Both the position numbers and the translations under genes were made by a program. The notes under the pieces are model-generated. The model was not told the origin of the DNA and did no database searches. It worked only from the letters and a program-made list of their open reading frames with translations. A stretch of 64,000 bases of DNA from Felis catus. Taxonomy: Eukaryota. This document shows positions 22,439-32,743 of this stretch, piece by piece. The DNA is taken from assembly GCF_018350175.1 (NCBI RefSeq), contig NC_058381.1, positions 18,042,001-18,106,000 of the forward strand, read 5' to 3'. Within the stretch, counting starts at the first letter, position 1; each line of letters begins with the position of its first letter.

Positions 22439-24092
22439 ATGGTAGGGCCGCCTGAACCCCGAGTTGTCGTCGGGTCACCGCGGCCCCGAGTCATTGTAGG
22501 AACTATCCGACCCCGAGTTATTGTGGGGTCTGCGCGGGCCCGGCCCCCTCCGGACGGGACTTCCCGCCCCCATTTGGCGGCGGAGGAGTCTCCCCGCCCC
22601 CGAGTCATCCTCGGGACCCCCCGGGCCCGGGTGATTGTGGGTTCGCCCCGGCCTCGGATGATTGTTTCATCCCCGTGGCCCGCTGTGGTCGTAGCGTCTC
22701 CGAGGCCGCGAGCTCCTGGAGGCTCCCCGTGGCCCAGAGTTATAGTCGGCACACCTCGGTCGCGGGTGATCGTCGGGTCTCCACGGGCCCGGGTCGCTGG
22801 GGCGGATCAGGCTCCAGTGCCTTCTCGGGGCTCCCCGCAAGGCCGTAGGCGAGATGAACATTCTGGCGCCGGTGCGGAGGGACCGCGTCCTGGCGGAGCT
22901 GCCCCAGGTAGGCTCCAGGGCCACGTCGGGCTTCTGGCTGCGGTGGGGTGTGGGCGGGAGGAGGCGGCACCAGATCAGTTAGAGGCTTGGGCCCAGCCCT
23001 GCCACCCGGCTAGGTCGGCTGCTTCTGGGTGGTCCCCTACCCCCGCCCAGCGCAGCTTGGCTGCGGGACATGGGCCAGGAGTGGGTGAGTCCCATTCTCT
23101 TCGATCCCTCTGAGTGCCTGAGGAAGGAGGCCGCTTTGCACGTGCACAGAGACTTCAACCCCCGCGTCACCTGCGCCTGCCAGGACCACCGGACAGGCAC
23201 CGTGGGGTGAGTTAGACACCCTTAACAAAGAAAGGAAGGCTCAGGAAACCCTGTAGTCAAAGCTAGGGTGCACAAGCACCCCTGGGGCTCCATTTCAGCT
23301 TCTCCCAGCTATATATGGTTATTCCCCCTTTTTATATCCATGTGTTCTCCCTTTTCTTCCCAGCAAGCTTGTGATGAGTCCTATGAAATGGGGTGGGGTA
23401 GAAAGGTGGTAGTTCACTTCCTGAAACAGAAGGTGTGCAAGGGGGAGGTGCGGGGCTGGCGTGGTCACGAGCTCAGCTTCCCACGTACCATACATTTGAG
23501 CCCTAGGGCAGGGGGATGTGCCTGGAGGGATGTGTCCCATTATGGGTAAAAGAAGGTAATACTAATAACACTTGCCAACCATTAACTGAGCATTTACTAT
23601 GTGCCCGGGCAGTGTGTTGGTTACTATGATTGTATTTTATTAAATGGAAAACACCATCACTTTTAAGGTGTATCCTGATTTCAGAGATGTTATCAAATGT
23701 ATGTGTGGAGGCTGAAGGGGAGGTATGTCTCAGAATATAGGACATTGATCTTATTTCAATTGTCACAACAACCCAATAGAATATATACTAAATCTTTACC
23801 TAACACATGTTGAAACTGAGGCTCAGAGAGGCCAAGTAACTTGTCCAAAGTCACACAGCTAGTAAATGTAAGAACTGGGATTCCAATTCATGTTTCTTTG
23901 ATGCTGAAGCAGAAAACACTCCTCCCCAGCAAGTGTGTCCAGCAGGCAAGCTGCCTGGGAGGCCCCGTGCCTATGGTAACCTCAGCCTGGGTGCTGCTAA
24001 CGTTATAGATCTAGTACGGAACATTGAGACTCTCTAGGTTGCAAGAGTTAGTGCTCATTCCTCCTGCCCACCTTTGTGTCCTGCAGATTTAA
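22439..24092 (+). CDS. NARR: NARR (nine-amino-acid residue repeat protein), alternative-frame product of the RAB34 locus, 188 aa
   Basis: Exons 22439-22907, 23115-23206, 24087-24092 total 567 nt. MVGPPEPRVVVGSPRPRVIVGTIR... with about 12 PRVIVG(S/T)PR-type units, ending VPEEGGRFARAQRLQPPRHLRLPGPPDRHRGI*. Overlaps RAB34 in a different frame. Confidence 0.9.
22457..22795 (+). repeat. Degenerate 27-bp coding tandem repeat (NARR repeats)
   Basis: About 12 units of ccc cga gt(t/c/g) at(t/c/a) gtn ggn (t/a)cn ccn cgg; two units are 30 bp. Confidence 0.9.
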
Positions 24093-25525
24093 GATCTCCA
24101 AAGTCATTGTGGTGGGGGACCTGTCCGTAGGGAAGACTTGTCTCATTAATAGGTAAGAAGGCACCTCTAGTTGGGCTGGTTTGGGCCGGGCAGGGTTCAG
24201 CCAGACCTAGCCAGGTGGACTGGGCTCAGGGCCAGAGCATCTGGTACTCCTGCAGGTTCTGCAAAGATACTTTTGATAAGAATTACAAGGCCACCATTGG
24301 AGTGGACTTTGAGATGGAACGATTTGAGGTGTTGGGCGTCCCCTTCAGTCTGCAGCTGTGAGTGCTTTCTCCATACCTTCCAGCCATTCCTTCCCCCAGC
24401 ACGTATACCCCACCTCACAGGCCCCTCCCACATACCCGTGTTTTACCCCCTGCTTCCTCCCAGCTGGGATACTGCTGGACAGGAGAGGTTCAAATGCATT
24501 GCATCAACCTATTACCGAGGGGCTCAAGGTAAGGGCGGGGGTGAGATGGGGCAGGTGGGTGTTCCTGGCCTCCAATCTAGGACTTGGGGGGATTTGGGAA
24601 ATGAGCCAGTAATGTCAGCTGTTTTTGCCACTTTTCCAGCCATCATCATCGTCTTCAACCTGAATGATGTGGCCTCCCTGGAACATACCAAGTATGTAGG
24701 GATGCTGCACTGTAATGGGGGCTTTGGGAAGAGAGGGTTCAGAAAAGAGGGGTGGTCGGGTATATCGGTAGTGAAGAAGAATGCATCGGGGACCAGAGAG
24801 AGGGTAATGGGCATATGAGTGACAGCAGGAGGAGCCTGTCCAGCTCACTCATCCTTGATTGTCTACCCTCTATGGCAGGCAGTGGCTAGCTGATGCACTC
24901 AAGGAGAACGACCCTTCCAGTGTGCTTCTCTTCCTCGTGGGTTCCAAGAAGGACTTGAGTGTAAGTGTGCCAGTCAGGGGGTACTTCCGTTTTGGTGAGG
25001 GGCTCCTCCCCAACCCTTGCCGTCTGACTCTGCCCTTCTGTCAGACTCCTGCTCAGTATATGCTAATGGAGAAAGACGCACTCAAGGTGGCCCAAGAGAT
25101 GAAGGCTGAGTACTGGGCGGTCTCATCTCTCACTGGTGAGTCAGCGGCTTCAGGTCTTTTGAAATGGCACTCCCGCCTACCTGGCCTCTCATTCCTCTAC
25201 CTTCAGCTGTGCCCAATGACCCCAGGCTTGGAACTGTCCCTAAGCACCCATTTGCTCCACGTGTCAGGTGAAAATGTCCGGGAATTCTTCTTCCGTGTGG
25301 CAGCACTGACCTTTGAGGCCAACGTGCTGGCTGAGCTGGAGAAATCGGGGGCCCGGCGCATTGGGGATGTTGTCCGTGAGTGCCTACCTGGATGAGGGTG
25401 GCAGAGAGCACGGGGAACCTCTCATCCCTGCCTCACATATTTCCCACCCTTCTTCAGGCATCAACAGTGATGACAGCAACCTTTACCTAACTGCCAACAA
25501 GAAGAAGCCCACGTGCTGCCCGTGA
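22854..25525 (+). CDS. RAB34: Ras-related protein Rab-34, 259 aa
   Basis: Exons 22854-22907, 23115-23206, 24087-24152, 24256-24357, 24464-24528, 24640-24691, 24879-24960, 25045-25135, 25268-25375, 25458-25525 total 780 nt. MNILAPVRRDRVLAELPQ, GDLSVGKT, IGVDF, WDTAGQERF, GSKKD, C-terminal CCP prenylation site. Confidence 0.98.
23570..23905 (-). mobile_element. MIR, apparently split by a short DNA-transposon fragment (MER104-like, about 23630-23745)
   Basis: actgagcatttactatgtgcc...gaaactgaggctcagagaggccaagtaacttgtcc. Inner family assignment tentative. Confidence 0.55.
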
Positions 25526-25853
25526 GCGGTAAGGGGACGGTCGAGAGACTGGCCAGCCTTGGGGCACTGTGCCACCTTGATTGCCCTAGAGCTCGACCCT
25601 GGACATTTGCACTGATTGTTTTTCCAGACCAAAGAGCTGCCCCTTCGTGGCAGTACCCCTGGAGGGGTAGCAGGGACCATGCTAGTCACTTCCTGCCCCA
25701 GACACCATGCCAAAGACTAGATGTCCTCCCTCCCCAGGGGCTCTCCGGGCTGCCCAGCAGTGGGGAGGTAGTCCCTGCTGCTTTTGCTTAGCCTGCTGGA
25801 CCCCTTGAGTATGAGGATGCTTAATGATCCAAGCCTTACACTGTGCCTTATGC

Positions 25854-25859
25854 ATTAAA
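25854..25859 (+). terminator. RAB34 polyadenylation signal ATTAAA
   Basis: About 330 nt after the stop, followed by GT/T-rich sequence. Confidence 0.65.
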
Positions 25860-26191
25860 ATCTCTGTTATTAGCAGTTTGGGGACTGGAGTCCTTTGTTG
25901 GGGATGAGGGATGTGGAATGGGCAGAACTGTATGACTGTCTTGGGACTGGAGCTTCCTGTGGGATTCTGGCCATACCTGACCCCTGGGCAGGGCTCAGAA
26001 AGGCTGGGAGCTCAGGAACCAGATTTGGAGGGCTATCCTGGACTCTCAGTGTTTGGTTTTGAGAGCTCTTTCCTTTGGTTCCTTATCCCCACCTGTGTCC
26101 TCCTACTTGGTGCTTGTTCCCAGATTTCTTCCATTGGATACTTTCTTCTTTTTTTTCCCATCCTCTTCCTACCTTCCCTTCCTACTTCTCT

Positions 26192-26541
26192 GGGGGCGCC
26201 TGGGTGGCTCAGTTGGTTAAATGTCCTACTTGTGCTCAGGGCATGATCTCATGGTTCGAGCCCCACATTGCACTCTCAACTGTCAGCGTGGAGCCTGCTT
26301 AGGATCCTCTGTCCCCCCCCCCCATCCTCCCCCTCAAAAATAAACCTTAAGAAAATACAATAAAATAAAAAATATTTCCCTGAGGGAAACACAGTAAGGA
26401 GTGACTGAGTTTTGCATGCTCTTTGGGTTGACCAGAAGGCCCAGAGTGGGTATGGGCTTGGCTTTTACTCAGAAGATGTGTTATCTAACAACTAACTATA
26501 TTAATGATATAAACATAAATGTATGAGTAGTATCGTTTTAA

Positions 26542-26580
<39 letters not shown>

Positions 26581-27165
26581 TATTGTTTATTTTTGAGAGA
26601 GAGAGACAGAGCAATAGAGTGGGAGAGGGGCAGAGAGGAGACACAGATGTGAAGTAGCCTCCAGGCTCTGAGTTGTCAGCACAGAGCCCAATGCTGGACT
26701 CAAACACACAAGCAGTGAGATCATGACCTGAGCCAAAGTTAGAGGCTTAACTGACTAAGCCACCCAGGTGCCCCTCATTTTACATTTTAAAACAGGATTA
26801 AAGGGGCGCCTGGGTGGCTCAGTCAGTTGAGCGTCCGACTTCAGCTCAGGTCATGATCTCATACTCTGTGAGTTCGAGCCCCGCGTCAGGCTCTGTGCTG
26901 ACAGCTCAGAGCCTGGAGCCCGCTTCAGATTCTATGTCTCCCCCTCTCTCTGCCCCTCCCTTGCTCATGCTCTGTCTCTCTCTGTCTCAAAAATAAATAA
27001 AAACATTTAAAAAAATGAAAAAAAAATAGGATTAAATAACTAAGTTCAAAACAAAACAAAACAGTCTGGCTGGTTCAGTCGGTGGAGCATGCAACTCTTG
27101 ACCTCAGGGTGTGAGTTCAAGCCCCATGTTGGGCCTAGAGCTTACTTAGAAAAAAGAAAAGAAAA
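26192..27165. mobile_element. Can-SINE cluster: 26192-26370(+), 26545-26774(-, (ATT)n tail), 26803-27026(+), 27060-27165(+, partial)
   Basis: Recognisable heads, ctcaggtcatgatctc cores and A-tails. Confidence 0.9.
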
Positions 27166-27345
27166 ACAGCCCATTTTTTCCCTCTTCAAAAAGAAAAAGG
27201 CATGCTCTGAGTCAGGAGGTTCCCCCATTTAAGTCCTCACTGTTCCCCTCAAAGAAGTATTTTTTTCCATCTCTCTTCCCTAACAGGACTGTGGTCATCA
27301 CCTCTTGTCTTGTGGTCTTGCCCAGAGCCTGTATGTAACTCAATG

Positions 27346-27352
<7 letters not shown>

Positions 27353-27391
<39 letters not shown>
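27353..27391. repeat. (TG)n microsatellite
   Basis: About 19 TG units. Confidence 0.95.
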
Positions 27392-27394
<3 letters not shown>

Positions 27395-27675
27395 GCCTGC
27401 ACTGTGGAAATGCTGTGGAATGTTTGTGCTGCATAGGGTGTGGGAGCAAGGATATGGTTCAATGTTCTGGGTGATGTCTGTGAGGGGCATGTGCATGTGT
27501 GCATATGGCATTAGTCCACGTGTGATGAGTAGACTTTTTATGTATGCATAGAGCAGGTTACTATGAATGCAGCTGGCCCTGCTCCCCCTCACAGGCAAGC
27601 CTATGGAGACACCTGAGTTTGCAGAATAAATAAAACACTACTAACACACATAAGAAGAGCTGTAAAAAAGGGGGG

Positions 27676-27870
27676 GGGGCGCCTGGGTGACTCAGTCGGT
27701 TAGGCGTCCCACTCTACATGATCTCACAGTTTGTGAGTTCGAGGCCCGCATGGGGCTCTGTGCTGACAGCTCGGAGCCTGGAGCCTGCTTCGGATTCTGT
27801 GTCTCATTCTCTCTCTGCCTCTCCCCAACGTGTGCTCTGTCTCTCAAAAATAAATACATGTAAAAAAAAT
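27676..27870 (+). mobile_element. Can-SINE
   Basis: ggggcgcctgggtgactcagtcgg...ctctcaaaaataaata. Confidence 0.9.
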
Positions 27871-28695
27871 TAAGAGCTCAAAAGCCTTAACTATTTTAAT
27901 AATTGTTTTGGGGGAATTGTAACCAAGATCCTGGCTCTTTGTGGACATCTTTATTGGCTGGTATTGTCTCTGGGACAGGGCGCCTGTGGGGGCCAGGAGC
28001 TGGGAAGGGGCTCTGGGGTGGGGGTGGGGTGCCACAAGGGGCTGGGAGCTGACATCAAGTCCTCACCTAGAGTGGTGGGCCTTGGACTCCTGTGGAGGGT
28101 CCTGAGGGCAGAGAGAGAGAGAGAGAGCGCGAGAACGCGCGTGAGTCGGAGACTATGCTCCAGAGCGGGAGGGACCTCGGTAGGCTAGGGGGAGGCGGGA
28201 GGGGCTCAAGGGCCGGGGCTGAGTTCCGAAGGGTTGGGAGGGGCTGGATTGCGACCGAAGCTTGAGGTTGAGAGAATGGCTGGGGCGGGGCTAAGAACGG
28301 GGATAGGGGCGGGGCTAAAATCTGGGGACAGGACTAAGAGCTGGGAGTAGGTCTGGAAAGAAACTAGGGATGGGACTGAGGGCTGGGCCTCAGCGGCCAA
28401 GCTAGGGTTTAGGCCTGAGAGAAAGGGGAGGTACTAAAATTAAAGGTGGGACAAAAAGGGGCCTGGAAGAGCTGGGAGGCCCCGGATGAAGAGCGCCGTT
28501 GAAGTTTAGATTGGGCTAACACAACGCAGAACCGGGGGAAGGTGGAGGGAGGGGTTGGGCAAGCATGAGGTGGAGTTAAGGGCTGGACTGGGGTGAAGCG
28601 GAGATTGGGGTTTACGGTTGCCTCGACCAAGCTGAGGTTCAGGATTGGACTTCTGCAAGGAAGAGTCTTGTAGCGACGAAGAACTGGGCTGAGCG

Positions 28696-31600
28696 ATGTG
28701 GGTCAGGACGACACTGACGATTGAAAGGTGGACTAAGGAAAAGGCTAAGGACAATACCAGCGCCTGGGATGAGAACAGCACTGGTAAGGAAGGGGCGGGG
28801 CAGGAGTTTGGGGGTGGGTTTCGAGCTGGGGGCGTGGCACACAAGGAGAGTGTAGAACTGCAAAGAGCCTGGAGAAGGAGGCGGGACCAGAGGCCGGGCT
28901 GGGTGGAGTTAGGGCCTGGGGGCGGGCTCACGCCGAGCCGCGGACCAATGATTGAGGACTGGGGTGCTGAGGCTCTGGGGAACGCCTGCGGGTCCGGCTG
29001 TGCCTGTCTGGCTGGAGCCGGAGCTGCTAACACCGGTTCTATAGGCTGGAAGGCCTTGCCTTGTCGCAGCCGGGCCCCGGCCGCTGCCTAAGAAATTCGG
29101 GGCCTGTCTGGAGCCCTTGGTTCAGCACCCACCCAGTCGCCAGGCTGGGGCAGGAGGTTTCATTGACACTAAGGGGAGGAAGGAGTCTGGGGGTTCCACG
29201 CGTGACATCACAATCGCCTTCAGATGTGGGCGGAGCCGGAGCGGCATTTCCCAGGAGACTGTCCTGCCTTGCTCCCTCCTTCTCCCTTCTTCCTTTCCTT
29301 TCTCCCTTTCCCCCACCCTTCCTCCCCCATTCAGCTGCTTTGGTGCCCAACCTGGAACTCCGCCCCACCTGTGCCACAAGGTCAGGGGGGAGTTCCTCAG
29401 CCCGCAGGACTGAGAAGATTCTGTACAAATGAGCATCACCTGTGAGTTTTGAGTTAGACCCCTGTTCTCCGGATTAATTACCTACCGAGAAAAAGACCAC
29501 AAGCCTCCCTCTTCCTTTCAAGCTATCACTCTCCTCATTTCATTATGAAGCTCGCTCTGTGTCCCGCCACCATTATTTCTCCTGCAGGAGCGATGGACTG
29601 CTGCTTCAGTAGGAGCTCTCCTTCTGCCTGTGAAACTAGAGAGCAGATTGCCTTCCTCAGATCTGAGGAGAGTTACTAAATCTCACCCCTTGGCAAAAGG
29701 AGTTATGATTGTCAGGGCTTCTTGGGGGTTTGGGAAGAGTTAGTCAGTGGATCCTGTCTACAAGCTTCCTTCATGGTGACTCCGGAGACAGCAAAAACAG
29801 TGGAGTCAGATAAAGCAGAATTTGAATCCTGACACTGGCTCGGGTTCCTCTGACTCCTTCCGTCTGACTTTAGGGTGGAGGCTGGATATAGGAGGTTGTG
29901 AAGTCAGGAATGAGTAAAAACAGAGGATGAAGAATTGGCTGTGTTGGAGCTAGAAAACAGGTGCAGTAGGAAGTGACAGCTAGCAGGATGGGGTTTGGAT
30001 AGGAACCCCAAGTAGACAGGGCTGCAAGAGCACAGGTCATACAGAGCTCTTTCCTTTGCCATCTATTAACTTGTCTTTTTTTTTAATGTTTTTTTTTTTT
30101 ATTTTTATTTTTGAGACAGAGAGAGACAGAGCATGAACAGGGGAGGGTCAGAGAGAGAGGGAGACACACAATCTGAAGCAGGCTCCAGGCTCTGAGCTGT
30201 CAGCACAGAGCCTGACACGGATCATGAGATCATGACCTGAGCTGAAATTGGACACTTAACCAACAGAACCACCCAGGCACCCCTATTAACTTGTCTTTGA
30301 ACAGGCTTCTTCCTGAGTCTCTGAGTCCCCATCCACAGACTGGATTGTGGTGGTTATTTAGAATCAAAAGCAGGGGCACCTGGGTGGCTCAGTCCGTTGA
30401 ACGTCCAACTTCAGCTCAGGTCATGATCTCAGCCTGTGAGTTCAAGCCCCTCGTCGGGCTCTGTGCTGACAGCTCAGAGCCTGGAGCCTGCTTCTGATTC
30501 TGTCTCCCTCTCTCTCTGCCCCTCCCCTGCTCATGCTCTGTCTCTCTCTGTCTCAAAAATAAATAAAAACATTAGAATCAAAAGCATATTCTAAAAGCCC
30601 AGCACAGTGCGTAACATTGGGAGGATGCTCATCCTGGGTTAATTCTCTTTTCCTAGAAAAGTCCCTGGTTTTGAACCCTGGACAGAACCTCCAATGCTGT
30701 AGCTTCTTTGTGTGTGGTTCCAATAGTGGGTTTATTCTATTTTACTCATGTATTCTTCAAAAAAAAAAAAAAAAAAAAAAAGACCAACCCAGTATTTACT
30801 GAGCACTTTTCAGAGGCAGATAAAATATGGGTTTGTTCTCAAGTTGCTGTGAAATAACTTGATGAAGTACCATGGCAGGGTAAAGGGTGTAAGACATGTG
30901 TGACCGATTCTACTTGGATAGCTAGCTTTGTTCTTTCCAAGGTGAACAGGTGTTTCTGGGGAGTGGGAGGCAGGAGAGAAAGAATGGCGAAGGGAGGGGT
31001 GGGAGGAAGGATGGATGGGTGAGAGAAACTTGTGACTGAGGAAGGAACCAGGGGCTGGGTCCTGGGGGGCCAGTTATGTCATGATAAGGAGTTTGCACCG
31101 CATCCTGAAGGCAGTGGAATGCTGTTAAACAGAAGGAATATAGTGGGCCAGTGCCCACTACATTGCAGGAGGCCCCTGCAGCTGTCTTAGAGATAATGAA
31201 GGTTTCAACCAACATAGAGGTAGGTATGGCGAGACTCGGATCATCAAGGTGGTGTGGAGGTGAGGGAAAGAATGATCGTTAGATTCCTAGCTGGGATGCC
31301 TATTCCTCTCTGAAATGGAAGAGACAAGAGATGGTTCATGGAAGGTAGGGAGAAGATGATAGGTTCGTGTGGGACATGCCAGCCTAAGAGGTTTGGGAAC
31401 GCCCAAGAGGATATTGACCGTGTGCTCAGGAAAAGCAGGCTGGATTGGAGACCCTGATTTGTGTCATTTTATTCGTGGATGTTTATTGGCGTCCTTCTCA
31501 CCCCTCCCCCAGCCCCTTGAGAGCAGGGACTGTTGGGTGCCTGTTTTAATTTCTGTATCTCCAGGGGGCTGGTGGAGCTTCTCAGGAGATGTTTGAAGAG

Positions 31601-32698
31601 TGAATGGCTGGTGGGAGGAAAGGGGTGCTGCTGCTGTTGCCACTCTGTACTCTCTCAGATGTAAACAGGTTACCCAGCTGGGAGAGACGACACCTGCTGG
31701 CTGGCGTGGCGTCTAGCACTGATGCGTCTACCTTCTCCGAAGGTGGGTTCAGGGAACCTCTGGCCCCAGGCTTCCCCACCACCCCTCACTTGGGAACGCT
31801 GACACCTCATGGCAGGCAGGAGGGAGGGAAGTGTTTGGTCCAAAAGGGGTCCCTCAGCTGCCCCGTCCCCAGCCCCCATTCCTCACTTCTGCCAGGCAGG
31901 GAGGGCCCCTTCCTGGAGGCCACCATCACTCCCCTTTTTTTAAGTTTATNNNNNNNNNNNNNNNNNNNNNNNNNNNNNNNNNNNNNNNNNNNNNNNNNNN
32001 NNNNNNNNNNNNNNNNNNNNNNNNNNNNNNNNNNNNNNNNNNNNNNNNNNNNNNNNNNNNNNNNNNNNNNNNNNNNNNNNNNNNTGTCAGAGCCTGACAC
32101 AGGCCTCGAACCCATGAACCTTGGGATCATGACCTGATCCTAAACCAAGAGTCAGACACAACCGACTGAGCCACCCAGGCGCTCCACCCCTGTCTTTGGC
32201 AAAGCACTTTATCATGCACAAATTTCTCTGACATATGTGAACAGAGTCCTCCCAACAATCCTGCAAAATTAGGGATTTCCTCCATCCCCATTTTGTGGAT
32301 AAGGAAATGAAAGCTCGGAGAGGTTACTTGCCCTAGGGCATCCAGCTAGTAAGTGAGGAGCCAAGACTAGTACTCAGGTCTGTCTGACTACAAGTTCAGG
32401 GCACTTGCCACTATGCTGCCTCTTGCCCCCAGTCAGCCAGCAGTGCTGAAGAAGGTGGTGGTGGTCTAAGGTCTGGCCTTACATGCCTTATTCCTCCCAG
32501 AATGGAAAAGGGGCATGGGAAAAGGACAAAGGGGTGCCATCAAGCGTGTACAGGGGACCTGGGACCTTCATAGCCTGGTGGGGGAAGGGAAAGGTGGAGG
32601 AATGTGGGGCAGAGCTCACACCAAGCTGCTGCTCCCTTATCTCCCAAGTACTTTTTTAAAATTTTATTTTTATTTTTTTAATTTTTAAATATTTTATT

Positions 32699-32743
<45 letters not shown>

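Noticed and set aside
22279-22752. Antisense ORF with PTITRGRG repeats
   Set aside because: Mirror of the NARR 27-bp repeat; synonymous variation fits the plus-strand frame.
22457-22795. Regular repeat resembling a CRISPR array
   Set aside because: Eukaryotic coding tandem repeat with no unique spacers and no cas genes.
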